Shown in pieces: positions 33,801 to 48,400 of a stretch of 64,000 bases of DNA. The notes below the pieces were generated by a model, which did no database searches, had not been told where the DNA came from, and saw nothing but the letters and a program-made list of their open reading frames with translations. Position 1 is the stretch's first letter; every line of letters begins with the position of its first letter. The stretch comes from Podarcis erhardii (taxonomy: Eukaryota), in assembly GCA_964252035.1 (NCBI GenBank), contig OZ176206.1; one strand, 5' to 3'. Both the position numbers and the translations under genes were made by a program.

Positions 33801-36451
33801 TACCTTGGGTTACAGACGCTTCAGGTTACAGACTCCATTAACCCAGAAATAGTACCTCGGGTTAAGAACTTTGCTTCAGGATGAGAAGAGAAATCGTGCG
33901 GCGGCCCCATTAGCTAAAGTGGTACCTCAGGTTAAGAACAGTTTCAGGTTAAGAACGGACCTCCAGAACGAATCAAGTTCTTAACCAGAGGTACCACTGT
34001 ACCGAACTCCCTCCCACAGGAGGCAGCGATAGCTACCAGCTTGGATGGCTTTAAAGGAGGAATAGACAAATTTGTGGCCACAATTGCTATGTTCTTCCTC
34101 CACTGTCTCTGAATACCAGTTGCTGCTTGTGGGCTTCCCATTGGGGCATCTGGTTGGCCATGGTAAAAACAGGATGCTGGACTAAGTGGGCCACTGACCT
34201 GATCCAGCTTCGGCTTCAGGGCTCTTCTGATGCTCACAAGGGGATCTTTCCTTCTGTGACAGCCACATACTCACCAAGCTCCCACACAGCGTGTACAGCC
34301 ACTGCACAGTCTCGTTGTGGTTTATCACCCCCATCATCCCATCCACAAAGAGCACGATCTGGCTGAGAGCTGGAAGGAAGGAGCAAAGAGCACTGTAAGG
34401 ATGCCAGCTGGCCATGGGCAACTGATGTGCCTTGCTCACTTGCTTGCAGTGGAGCGTCCACACGATGCCTGCCACTCAGCAGCAAGTCTCCTCTGCTCCC
34501 TCCTCTGGTCCCTCCATCTCAGTCTGACTCTTTGCCTTTCAGGGTGTTGTCTGTCCCCCCACCCCGCCATGCAGACATCAAATTAGGGAGTGGGACACTA
34601 GGTGGTGATGTGAGGAGAGGGTCTTTCCAGTGGCTGCTCCCAGACTTTGAAACTCCCTTCCTACAAAAGCTAGACTGACTCCTTGCTTGTTGTCCTTCTG
34701 CCGGCAGGTGAAGACTGTTTTATTCCAACATTGGGAACTGAGTGTTCTTTTAAGGAAGGGGCTTTTAATAGTGCTGTGCTGTTTTATACTATCTGTATTT
34801 TAAATACATTTGTTTTTGTTTTTATTCTGTAGAATTTTAATTACTTTTTAACTATTCTCTTTTTATGCTTTTAGTTTCTTGTATGTTATGTGTGCCATTT
34901 TAATTTGTGTAAGCTGCCTTGAGTCCCAAGTTTAGAAAAAAAGGTGGGATATAAATAAATGCAATAATATTATTACTAATACTACTAGGAGTTGCTACAC
35001 AGCAGATGGCAGTGCCCAGAGGAGGCAGGTGGGTAGGGCAGGCTAGCTGTCAGGAGTATGGATTGATTTGCACATCTGACATGAATGACTTGGCACAAAA
35101 GGCTGCTGAGGCCAGGGCAGGCTGTTTCCACCCTGAGGTGCAAGCTGCAAAGTTAGGCTACTTCCAAAAGAGTCCTCTTTATCAACAGGACCCACAGAGG
35201 CTGCCAGGTCTACAAAAGGTCCCTTCCAGTCACAAGCCCCTGAGACTAAGGGCCAAATGAAGGTTTTAAAACCAGCCATGTGGGGGGAGTCTGATACCTT
35301 CCCCCAGTTGCTGCTTGCCCCATTTGGGAAAATAGACACACAGTCACATCTTCCTTACAGCAGGGCAAACAGTATTTGTCCATGAGTGACATCAGAGGAA
35401 ATAGCATCAGAAGGGGGGTGGGGAGCAGACAGAAAAGGTCTCAGCTCCTTCCCTCCACTGGTGCCATGGTCCTAGGAGAAAAGAGATGATCATGGAGACC
35501 AACATCTCCTTTAATTGGGGCCCAAAGCTCTGTCATTAAGAAAAAGTGGCCTCTCAACTTTTAACCTTAATACTTTAACTCTAAAAAAGGAATAAGGTAT
35601 GTATTATGTATTATGTATTATGTATTATGTATTATGTATTATGATGTGAAATTTGTAAAATCTGTAAAACCAATAAAGATCATTTTAAAAAAAGAAAAAG
35701 AAAAGAAAAAGTGGCCTCTCCAAGATGGCTCATGAATTGCAGCTGAAATTTTACACGCTTAATTTTGCCTGTTTGCACATCCCCAGCTGAGTAGCCAGTG
35801 AGATGGAGCTATCACCACACCTGGAAGGCTCAGAAATGGGTCAAAACCATTAAAAAACCTAACCACAAAAAACTTCCTAGTACAGCCAAATCTCCTCACC
35901 TAGCCACTATCCCTCAGCAGCAGTCTAAACCTGGCCACTGAAATTTTGCTCAGGCAGGAAAATATAGGAATGCTTAAAAGCAAACAGGAGAAATAAGTCC
36001 TGCAAATCCTGCCTACACCAGCTTTGGATCTGCTCCCCATACTGGATTAAGCATCAGGGAGGCAGAGAGACAGAGACAAGAGTCACACACAGTCCTCACT
36101 GCCAGCATCCCTCAGATCAACATCCTACATGGGCAAATGCAGACCGCAAAAAGGGGAAGCCACAGCATCTGTCTATTTATTAAATGTATATTCCACCCTT
36201 CCTCCCCAAGGAGCCCCAGGTGGCAAACAGCAAGGGATAAAATAATAAAAAACATATTTAAAACAATTTCAGTACAGATGAAAACTGGGAAAGAACTCCA
36301 CTTAAAAGACTCCTCCCAGAGATCTCTAGGGTGCTCTATCCTTTTTTCTGGATATTCAGTTGGGAATTTTAGGTGTCAGTTTAATTTCACCGACTGACTC
36401 TTTGGTGGGAGGTCCCAAATGTTATCCACTCTAGGGGCTCAGATTCTCATT

Positions 36452-36497
<46 letters not shown>

Positions 36498-39400
36498 TTC
36501 CTGCTGGTCACTTACCCCTGAGGATATAGTTCTGGTAATTCTGGTCAGCCTCAGCTCCCACTGTGATGAGACACGTCAGCCCTTCTGAATTCACAAACTC
36601 AGGCACCAGGTCCTTATCCTCCTGCAGCAGAAATCCAGAGAGAGGAATGTTTGCAATCCGCAGAAAAAGGTTGTACTGTGCATGCTCACCCCTCCACTTG
36701 CAGCCCACAAGGAGAATCTCCTGATGGGGGAGGGGGCATGGGGGGAGGCTGACTGCTTATTGCCTTCTCATATAGGGAACAGGTCTGTGCACCGTCCAGT
36801 CTCACAAGAGGAGAGCAGAAGCTGCAAGAGCAAAGAGGAGGGGAAATGAAGAGTCAGCAGCAGAGCCTGTGGTGTCCACACAGAGCGGTGGGCTGGCTGG
36901 CTCAATCGCCCACCCCCCAACAAAGCCGCACCTGCTGGGGGCAGAACAGGGCGGGCCTGGCAGGAGCCTTACCTGGAAAAGCTGCTTCAGTGAGAACAGG
37001 GAGCGCCTCAGTTCAGGGCCCTTTGACCTGTAGAGCTTCTCTGGAGGAAAAACAAAACATTTCTGTCCATAAGGAACAGGCACCCCTGGGTCCATCTCAG
37101 AGCTCCAAAAGAATCAGCAGCAGGAGGAGACCTCTCCTCACCAGCTGCTTTCAGGATGCCTGGAAGTGATAGCTTGAAAGAATGCAAAAACAACCTAATG
37201 ATGTGGCACAGCAGTGAAAATGCCAGAGTAAGACTTGGGCAACCAGGGTTCAAGGCCCTGGATGACCTGGGGCCAGTCACTTGCCATTATTTGAAGAAGC
37301 AAAACCAAGCAAGGCAGAATAAGCACAGTAGCTGCAGCTGACCAGAAACAACTGGCCCACCCAAAGAAGAGAACCCCACAAGCACCTGCTTCCCTTTTAA
37401 TTTTGCAAGTTCAGTCTTTTCCACCCAAAAGCATTTCTATACTTGAGCACTTTGATGCAATTTATGGGAAGGAAAGGGGCAGCTCCTCCGCCCCCATGCC
37501 TAAAAACGTCCTCCACTGTGCTATAGCACTAAAGGGCTGAGGTTTGGGACTGGCTGCCATCCCTGAACCTGAGCACTTTATATAGCTAGAGGGAGTTTCT
37601 AAAAGAACTTTTAAATCTCATAGCATGCACTTTCTTATCTAGAAAGGGTGGATGAATCCTCTCCTACTTTCATACCGGTAACATCAAAGACAATCCAGTG
37701 TAAGGAGCCCTACATCAGGCTGCCTTTGAAGACTTTCAGAAATTGCAACTGGTGCAGCTGCCAGGATATAGGCTACTCTCTCCTTCATTGGCACCACTGC
37801 CACGTGGCTCTCTCTCACACATTTGCTGCCCAAGAAGGCTCCTATGAATCAGCCCAGCAACAGAAGCATCACTTCAGATGCTGAGAAAACAGACTGTCAA
37901 TGCTCCCTCTGAGCCAGAACCTCCCTGGATGTTTAGAAGTAGCCTGCAATTTCTCCCTCTGTTTAAGGCCCCTTTTCTGGGCAAGCCCATCTTGACAAGT
38001 TCGCCTACTTCTGTCCGGGAGTGTCCAGCCATTCAGTCCCTCCTGGGCATCTGAAGTGGCCTGGCCCAGCCCCAGAGGGAGGCCCTAAGGGGTGCCTCAT
38101 CACCCCCCAGAAACCCCTGAGCACCGTGGGGCTTCCAGGGCTGACTCTGGAGGATCTGCTTTCTCTTGTCCTTCCTGCAGCCCCCACCTCAACTCATGGG
38201 CACTGCACAGGCTTGCAACTCAAGTCAGACCAGACACAGAAGGCAGAGTGGAAAGGGAGAGCAGGAAAGGGCAAAGGGGCGTGATTCAGTTGTGTGGGGA
38301 GCACAACTGTGGAGAATATTGCGAACCACCCTGAGATCTTTTGATGAAGGGCGGTATATACGTCTAATAAATAATAATAAAACAAATAATAATAACAAGG
38401 AATAAAGGGCACCACACAATGCCTATGGTACAGAACACATCATCTGCCTTATATGGAGTCATTAGACCACTTGGTCCCTCTAGCTCAAAAAGTATACATA
38501 CACTGAGAGCCAGCCATGGCGCTCAAGGGTTTCACGCAGAGGACATTCCTAACCTCACCTAGAAATGCTGCTAGTGGGGATTGAACCTGGGACCTTCTGC
38601 ATGCCTAACAGCTGCTCTTCTACCCCTCCCCAGAAAGCAACCGCCCCTGTGGGGCTTCCGTCTTCTGAAGCCAATACTGGCTCAGGTTTGGAGCAGAGAG
38701 AATCAGCTCCTCTGGCCAGCCCTCCCTCTCATCGGCCTTCCTGCGGCTGAGGATCTCTTCCCAGGCAGGAGTGTTGCCACTGACAACAGGCAGGAGTTGC
38801 CGATGCTCTTCTACCACAAAGCTATGGCCCTTTCCCCTTGCAAAGTGGCATTGCCAAAGGTTGCTCCTTCGGCTCTGCCTGCCCCCTCTTCTTTCCAGTG
38901 ACCCCATTCCAAAACAGAAGAGTAGCTGCGGCCATTCTCCTCAGGCCACCTCTGTGGGCCAAGTGCCAGAGAGCAGCTGTAGCCCAAGTAAGGCCGGCCC
39001 GGCTGGCGCAGAGCTTGCAGTCTTCCTGTTTTCTGCAATACTATATAAATATCTCTTACAGCTTCCTATGCACAGACGGAGACCTTTGACAAAAGAGAGC
39101 GGGAGGGAGGCCAGGCTGCTCTTTCTTCTCCCCAGAGCCAGACCACGGGACCTGCACACTATAAACAAGCAAGCGGAGGGGGTTCCTCTTCCTCCCTGGA
39201 ACAGACCAAAGCTCCATCGAGACATGGATGTGCCAATTGCAACTCCTTCCTCAGGCACCAAGATGTCAAGGTAGCCAGTGTCACTGACTAGTCAAAATGA
39301 AATTGCAGGTAATGCCTCTTTCCCTTGAGGCATTCTCTCTCAAAGAGAATGGTATAGCAGAGAGGTCACCGGCCCTGCTCCACTAGTACCATCTGGGACT

Positions 39401-42400
39401 TCTGCTTCTTCTTGGTGTGACTGCTGAACAGGTGGTAGGGATGTCCTGACCCCCTGCAGGTGGAATGGTAAGGCAGGTGAAGGTGCCCATTTGCACCCCC
39501 ATTTTGCTCCCCACTCCATCAAGTTGCAGCATTCATAGGAATCACTGCTTGCTCGCAAAGGGATGTGGGAGGTACAGGCAGGCAAGCAAGTGCAGAGACA
39601 GACAGGCAGTGGTGAAGGCAGCTGCCTCGGGTGGGGATTGAGGGCAGGGTCTTAGCAGGTCCAGGGGGCTGGTTAGGAGGACGAGCACCTTGCTCCTAGC
39701 ATCTTGCTTTCCAAGTCACTCTTACTCCACTCAAAGCACAGGGGTCTCACCCTGGAGTCTGCAAAGGAGCAAGAGTAGATTTTACTACAGCAGTGGCAGC
39801 CTGCGAAGGTGGAGATGAGCAGGAGGCAGAACGGAAGCTCCACTTCCTCTATGAATGAAGACAAAACCTCCAACACTTCCTGCCTTGACAGCCTGCTGCA
39901 CAAGGGTCTGGCAAGGGAGCACATCTGCATGCCGATGACAGTGCCACTGCTGGGAATGGGCACGTGAGCCAAAGAGCATGTGCACACAGAGGAAAAGAGC
40001 CAGACATGGATCAGACAGACAGGAAGGAAAGAGGGGGGACAGCTCAGAAGGTGCAGGAGAGGAAGAGCCACTTGTGCAGCAGTCCCAATTGTCTTCTTGG
40101 GAATGCTGTTGCTCAAGAGGTCAGAGAGTCCCATTTCAGCAAAATGACAGCAGCTAAGTTAATGGACTTGGCCACTGCCTCTGGTAGGCTATGAGTCTGT
40201 GGCAAAGATATTACACCTCCACCTAACAGCTGCATATTGCAGGTGGAAGGAAGCTTGCAAATGCACCAGGAGATCCCCTCTTATACAACCAACCATGAGC
40301 CTACCCACAAGTAAGCATGGTTACGGTTACGGTGAAAGACTCACCCAACAGGCTAGCAGTGAAGAGTATCTTCCCAAACACTAGCTGCATTCAATCTAGC
40401 ATTATTCTCACATGCCTTTATACATCATGCCTTCCCCCTTCAAATGGAAGCATGTGGGGCCTGTCAAATTACCAACCCTTGCAAAACTTTCTCATCTTCA
40501 AGAACCACAGGTTAAAAAGTTGTATGTAGGTTTCTCTTTCATTTTAAAATGATCTTATTGTGTGCTTTCTATAAGCTGCCTAAGGAACCACCACGTTCCC
40601 ATGGGCTGTTCACTTCCCCTGCCACAACAATGGAAGCAGGAGTTCTCGAAGGAGCATTTTGGCTGCCTGGCTCTGAAGCAGGACGGATTCTTCACAAGTT
40701 CCCAGCTCCTGCATTTCAAGGCACACGCTGTGTGACAACCTCCGGTGGAATAGCACTGCCCTTCCCGCACATCTCCAAAATTAAAAGTTTACCCAACTTG
40801 AACTGAATGAGGTTATGGCACTCTGGAGCTGTTGTGGCTTAAAATGAGACGGAAGACAGCCAACTGGGCAACAGGCCTAAATGCAGCAGTGGGAGCCTCC
40901 CTGGAATTCCTTGCAAACTTCACTCTGCAGGAGGGCACAATTGTTTCCACAGGAGGAATCATCAGCTGAATGGGGAGGTGGGGGAGCAGGGCAGGCATCT
41001 AGGAGAGGGCCAGCCCTACACAAAGAGCCCACAGACCTGGTGCCAGAGGGAGGAGAGGTGTCCCTTCTATTGCCTGGCACCAAGGACAACAGAGGGATGC
41101 AACTGGATATAACCAAAAAGGTTTCATCACGTGTTAAAAATTTGAACAAGTTTTTAAGACCTAAAAGGTGCTTGTTAATAATTGAAGGCAGAAAACCCAG
41201 GAGATGTTGCCAGGCTGCCCAGAGTGCTTCTTCCAACTCCTGAAAATGAAGGGCCAAACATTCACATGAACAGACATAGCAGCAGAGAGCCACGTTCGTC
41301 ACCAGATGGCACCTGCTTAGTCCTCTTTCCCCATCACTTTCTGGGCAAGGAGGAGCACCAGGCTATGTTCAGGATCCAGCAACCAGGAAACTAGCCCAGT
41401 GCATTGAAGGGGAATTCAGCAGGCCTGTGCAGAGCTTGTCTGAGGCTTGGGGGCAGGAGTCCTAGTGGAATAAAGTTATAACCTCAAACCAAAAAGCAGC
41501 CAGTCACTGGCACGGCCCCATGGCCAACTTAGCCCTCCAAGGCCCAGGGCAAGTGTAACTGGCAGCCCCATCCCCAAGCAAGGACCTGGGATTTAGACTT
41601 GCTTTTCTCCCCAGACTGTCAGCTGCTTTGGAAACTGAAAGAAGCTTCAAAAGCAACTGGTGATATGTAGGGGAGGTAGTCAGCTTTGTGATGGCAACTC
41701 AAACACCCCACATAGATGAGATCAGGTTGCTGAATCAGACCAGCGACCCAACATCCTGTTCTCAAAGAAGAGGCCCACTAGAAGCCTATGGGATGTACAT
41801 AAGCACAACATGCATGCAGCAAACTTCTCCCCTGTGGAAATCCCCAGAAACTGGTATTAAGAAGTATCCTTTCTCCAACAGTGGAGGTAGAACACAGCCA
41901 TTGTGGCTAGTGGACGTGAAATTGTCTATTTCATAGGCATGAAATTGTCTATTTCTCTTTTAACATCATCCAAGTTAGTGACCATCATTATCTCTTGTGG
42001 AAGTTAATTCCATCATTTAATCACACACCATGTGAAGAAATACTTAATTATGTCTGTCCTGAATCTTCCAACATTCAGCAAGTCAAGTTTGAGAGCTAGC
42101 ATGGTACATAGTGATAATGGTGACGTACCGTATCAGAACATGTTATTTGACCAGTGCGATAAAGCACACAGATTTTAATTAAAAGCCGGGAATCACTTCT
42201 TTTCTCACCAATGGAAAACATTTGTCTAGCTGGCTGTGGAGTCCCCCTCCCTGTAGGTTTCAAGAAAATGTGGGGCAGAAAATATTGTACTAGAGACAAT
42301 CTTCCTGGGCAGAGTTATGTGAGACTGATTGGATTCTTTCTGCCTAAGTAAAAATACCATCAGGGGTATCAATCAGCACCTACAGTCCTACTGCAGAAGA

Positions 42401-45400
42401 ACGCAACCACGCAAACAGAACCCACTCCCCCCAGGGAAAAGGCCTGGCACTGGACACTTCTCTGCAGCTTTCTGACCCTATGTAGAGAGACCCTCTAACA
42501 GAGAAAGAAAGCAAGGGTTGGATAACAAAGAGGCAAGTGACCCCACAGAAACAGTACATAGAAATATCTGTGGAGGAGCATTCAGATAATGGAGTGCATT
42601 GGTCCACCACAACAGCAAGCACATTCCCCCCTCGGACACTAGCCTGCCAGGAACAACAAGGTCAAAGAGCAGCCTGTGAACTTTGGCTCCACTTCAGGAT
42701 TGCGTCTGCCAAACCTTTCCCAGAATGTTTCATGAGTGAAGCAAGAACCCAAGTAGGGTTGTGACTGTATAACTTTAATTTGCAAAACTATGGCAGGAAA
42801 AGCAACAGAAGCCATGTGTTTTTTTATGATTCCTGCCGGGCCAAGGACTTTTCTCTTTTCTCACACTCCATTATTTGCCTGACTTCCAAGCTACATTCCA
42901 TGGTTGTGGCCCCTTCAAATGACGCTCTTTAAGGGTACATATTTCCCAAGCAGGCAGCAACAGAGCCCTGGGAACGCAAAGAGCAGGGCTGTTTACTAAG
43001 CCGAACCCTTGTTGCCTTCATGGTCTCTTCAGTGTAGATTCAGCATCTTCTGCTAACTCCTTAAAACCACCATTATCATCCGTGTGTTGGGACTGCAACC
43101 ATCCTAGTCAGAAAATACTAACTAGCTACTGCTCTAACAATTGCCAGGTTCCTAGAATCCCTTGCTATATGAAAGATTAAGCAGGAAGGAACCCTCTCCA
43201 CTGACTTAGTTAAGCATCACCACTCAAGCCCTTTCCTCCTCTTCTGATGCTTGACTTCTTCTGGCCACACTGGGATAATGAGAAAAGCCACAGGGAAGAA
43301 GCCGGTGCTTCAGCACTTCCTCCCTCGCTGTGGCCACCCAACTGCACCTCCCAGATAAACCTCTGGCTCTCCAGGGCTCTGCTCCCACATGCCCTTGGGG
43401 CAGTCCTGCTGTCCAGTACATGGAGTCTATTTTGAGTGCAGAGGGAGAGGCCCAGCAGCCGCCCACACAGGCTCCGGAAATACTTGCAACATTTATCAGC
43501 TCTGACAAGACTGGATGCAAACCAAGGGAAGCCCAGGAGTGCATGTGCTGAATCATAAGGAAACAGCAGCCAGGACTGAAGCAACAGCAGAGTAGCATGC
43601 AGAACAATTGCAGGCAGGAGGCAGAGGGAAGAGGCAGCCGTCTGCTGGCTCAGCTGAGAAGCAAAGCTTCCCTCCCCCTCCGTATGAGTTGTGAACAGTT
43701 GATTCCTTCAGTTGGACAAAGGTACCTTAAGGCTGCTAAGTAGGAATGGGGAATCTTTGGCCCTCTGGACAATGTTGAACAACAACTGCCATCACCCTGA
43801 CCCATAGGAAAGGCCACAGGCTCTAACTGTGCTGCAAAGTAAGGTGTCCCAAGAGCCCTATTTCAGGCTTGCAAACTGGCACTGGTAATCTGGGTAAAAC
43901 CTCAGTTTGGAAGAGTTTCTTGGTTGTTACACACTCAAATTAAAATAGGAAGAGATAATAAGCTTGACTTGTCAATCTTTTGTACCCTAGAGGGAGTAGA
44001 AATAATTGGGCAAACTTGGCTGTTCCAGCACTTTTAGCTTTGCTTACTAAGTAAAAATAAAAGTAAACCTACTGGATTGGATCACTCTTGAGGGCAGCAG
44101 AAAGTTTTCCAGGGCAAGTTACCCTAATTTGCACAGGAAAAAATTCCAGATAACCCACATCAAGGTATTTTCTCCCCCGCATAGCACTAGAAGAAGCCAA
44201 GTTTAGAGTTAGGCGGCGGCAGCAGCAGCAGCAGCAGCTGACCTTGTGTTAGCCCTCCCGTGGTCATGCCTTGGAAGGCCAATCCCAACAAGTGCTTTCA
44301 GAATCCGTGGCCAGCAAGAGCTAAAGAGTTCCAAGCAATAACAGAGTTGAGACTCACCCAGGATGGCCTGGACTCGGACAGAGAGCTGTGTGCGGAGAAG
44401 CAGGATGGGCCGTCTCCCTTTGCTGCAATGACAGGAAAGGAAACAGGACCTAGATCAGCACAGGCTCCCTGAGCCCCAGCCTGCTTCCCAAGAACACTTG
44501 CCAGCCAGCCACTGGGAACCTCCTCCCCCTCCTCTTCAACACATTTGCTCACCAAACAGCTAAAGAGAGAAGATGCCACTGGCTCAGTAGGGAGCCAAGA
44601 GGAACTTGGGGCACTGACCACCTAACCATGCCAACTTCACAAGTGTGGACATCTACTAACAACCATATTTCGGGATCTGCTTGACAAGATTGCATCAGGT
44701 GTTATGGTTAAATGGCAATCTGTGAAGCCAGAAACCTTTGGAAAGTGTTGGGAAAGAGTAAATATACCCTGCAGCAGAGAGATATTTTCACCTGATTTCT
44801 TCATAGAACCCTTCCAGCTCATCTTTCTGCTCCAGCAGGGAAAGCTCCAGGTCCAGGTAGTGCCCAGAAGGCAAGACTTGCAAGGTGCAGTCCTCCAGCT
44901 GCAAAACACAAGCACATCCAATATTAGAGAGAGAGTCTGCCTGCCTTCTCACTTAGGGAATCTACAGGGCTCCAAAGAATGCAAACCAAAAGTGAGGAAA
45001 CAGTCCTGAGTAGCCAAAGCCAGGTGAGCAGTGGGCAGGTGAGCCAAGCAGGCTGGCTAGCACAGGGAACAGGCCATCCTGACAGGAACCCTGTGCTCCT
45101 TCCCCAAGCCTTTTAAGTTTAACAGAAGGACTAATTCAGACTCTCCCCTGGCAACTCAAAAGACACAAGGAAGTGATAGCCAACTTCCCATGATTTGGGG
45201 GTGGTTAGCGCAGAACCCTCCCTGGCTCCAGACATACCCTCAAGTACGAATACTTGCTACCAGAAAAGGTGGCATGCAAGGTTAAGCTGATTAGAAACCC
45301 ACCCGCAGCTTCCTCTTCCACCCTTGTGCTACCCGTCCCTCTGCTCTGAAGGTGGGTGAATCACCACAGGTACAGCTACGGTGGTGGGCTGGATGCCGAC

Positions 45401-48400
45401 CATGGGCCACTCCTGTTCTAAAGCATGCAGAACCAAAGCCATTATGAAATAAAGCCCTAGGCTCTACGTCAGTGGTGTAGGCCCCAGGAAGGAGGACCCC
45501 AAAGTAGATAGAAGCTCTGCCCTCCGGCTCAGTGCTACAGCCTCCAGCAGCTTGCTTTCCTCCGTGGACGAGCAACAGAAGCCTTGGGATGAGCAAAGAA
45601 CTCAGGAAGGGTGAGCTGCAACTCAGAATTCTTGAAATGCGAAGACCACTCAGTGGATAAAAACCCCAGCAGAAGATGGAGGCAATGTCTGAAAATGACC
45701 AGCAAAAGAGGGAACTGCCCAAAGAGTGACTGCAGAAAGGAGTTGGGTGTCTCTATTCCACTTTCTGTTTACTGGTTTTACTGCTTAAGTGGATTTTAAT
45801 TGTGTTGTAAGTCACACGGAGAATCCTCTGGCTTGAGGAACTGAGTAGCATATGTTGAAACTGCATAAAAGATTCCATTTCCAGTGGTAGCTTTGTGTCA
45901 ATCTACAGGCAGCATGCCTGTACACTACTAGGATCTCTCATTTCCAGAAACTCTTTGCGGTCAATGTGATGAGGTTAGAGGAGATGCCAAGGTGGTTTGG
46001 CCCCCTGCCTGCACCAACTGAATGGACAGCTCAGGTGTTCAGAAAGAGGGACAGGAAAGAAAAGTGACATGGTAGGGGCTATTTCTGCTTTAGAAGTAGC
46101 AGAGGAAAGACACAGAGATCAGCCTGAAGAGCAGAGCAAAGCAAGATTGTGAGGATGGTTCTTGGGAGAAATAGCTTCCCCAGGTGACCCAAGTATGCCA
46201 GATATGCTGAAAAACGGGAAGTGAGGTGTAAGGTTTGGGAAGGGGAAAATGTTGCTACCCCAGTACTGCAGAGACAGGCAGGCTGCACCAAAGCCAAGGG
46301 CTGTGGGGTTTCTCCCCTCCTCCCAACAGTTTGACTTCACTCCCAAAGGCAGACTCCTCCACTGTCTCCAGAGACAAGACTGATGCTAACAAGAAAGCCC
46401 AGAGAGATGCAACCAACTTCATCTCAGAGACAGGGAAGATTGAGATCTGCCGCCACACCCCTCCCTCCCTTTGCAAGACTTGCAGCTGACTCACCCCATG
46501 CTGAGTCAGACCTCATCACCACAACGGGAAGCTCCCAGCTATTCCCAAAAGCCATCACAAGGGAAATGCCTGATCTGAGGGGAATATTGCCTTTAGGCAA
46601 AAACAAAAATAAGCTAGAGATACAGCTCTGTTTCCAAATAGTAGGCTTTGGATTGATCAGAACTGGGGTAGGAAGCCCCACATCCAGCACTCTGAAGGAA
46701 GGGCTGGCAAACTAGCCAAACTTGGATTGACACATTCATGCAAGGAGAGCTGTGCAATCCAGAGCGGGATTAGGCTGCCCCTCTCACCTGCTGCTCAGCC
46801 AGGACAGGCAGGGAGATGCTCCTCTCCCAGGGGAAGGCACAGCAGGTACTGATGCAGGAAACAGCTCCTCTTGGGAAAAGGGCTGTGATGCAAATCCCCT
46901 CCTCACCATCAACTCTTTGGTTGCTCTCCAAGGGCAGGCAATGTAGAGTTAACAAGCCTTGTGAAGAAGAAAGGCTGGCCAAGTCCCAGGCCTTTAAGGT
47001 CTCAGCTGCTGCTGCTGCTGCTGCCCCTCCCTCCTATGATGAGCTTTGGCAGGAATCCTGCTCAACCTCAAAGAGGGCACAGTATTCTCAGTTCCAAGAC
47101 TGATTCAGGCCATTCCAGTCCTGCCTGTCCACGTTCTGGACAGCTTCAGTGAAGGACAATGGGCCTGGGAAGGCAGAAAGGCATGTTGCAGGGCTATTCA
47201 AAAAGGCAGCGGGCTGGCCTGTATCCAAACATGACCCCTTCACTCAAGGATCAGTGCCACAAGTGTCTCTATGCAACATCTACATGAACCTGCTGCGGGA
47301 GGGGGGGGAGTGACCCAGAGGCTTGGACTGAAGTGGCATCAATACGCGGATGACCACCCATACCTGCACATACCTGGCTGCACTTGGGGGTCAGCAACAG
47401 AGGCCCTTCTTTGCCCACCCCAAGGAAAGGTGGAATTGGCAGGGATGCGGCAGTGGTCGCTCTCCAATGAGATTCATGGCCAACTGGGCTCCATCAAACA
47501 GCGGCACTACGGGCTTTCTAATGAGATCTTAAAACTTCATTATTCTTGCAGGATCTTTCTTGAAGGAAGGCTAAGTGGAGAAGACTTTTCAACTGTTGAG
47601 CTTGGCTGTGTTTTAGTGGACATGGGATAGCGGCTTGTTTTATTAATGGTTGTCTCCACGAGCTTTACCTATGACTATATTGTACTGATTTTCTGCCTTT
47701 TGCTGGAACGTTCTATATGTTGTTATATGTTTAACTTGTATCTCATGATCAATTTTCTCAAAGACAGGATATAAATCTATTCTTAACATGAGCACATGGC
47801 GTGTGCTGCCAGCCTCCCCTAAAGCAGAAGGACCACCTCTTTTGCCCAGGAAGTTGCCAAAGCTTTCATCTTTAGGCTCAGTGGTAGGGCATCTGCTTTG
47901 CATACAAAAGATCCTGAGTTGCATCTCCAAGGAGAGTAGGAAAGATTCCCTGCCTGAATGCATAAGAACTGCTGACAGTTAGTGTAGAGTCCACTGTTAG
48001 AGACTCAGATATATAATCTAAGTGCCAAGCAGCACCTGAAACCTAGGTTGCAGTCACCACAATGGAATGACTAGGGGCTTTTTTGCAGTGAGGTATTATT
48101 ATTATTAATTTCATTTCTATACTGCTTTATACTTTAAAGAAAAAGATCTCAGAGTGGTTTACATCACATTAAAACATCAAATAAAACCAATTCAAGCTTC
48201 AAGGAAAATATTTCAGTTCCTCCTCCTCTGGCATTTTTGCATTCCTCAGTCGCCAACCTGGCATCTAGAGATCTCCATGTGGTTGCAATTGGAGCCATGC
48301 CAGTTGCAAAATGTGGCTGGCTAATTTCTAACACTGGGTAGACCAGTGGTTCCCAATTGGTGGTCTTTGGACTTCAGGGGGTCCATTCGCATAACAAAAA

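Noticed and set aside
39035-39060. Plus-strand TATATAAA in FHOD1 intron 3 as antisense promoter or MEF2 site
   Set aside because: Does not fit YTA(W)4TAR and has no supporting exon structure
41917-41955. 16-bp direct repeat TGAAATTGTCTATTTC with a 7-bp spacer
   Set aside because: Two copies only, within a CR1 3' fragment; ordinary local duplication, not an array
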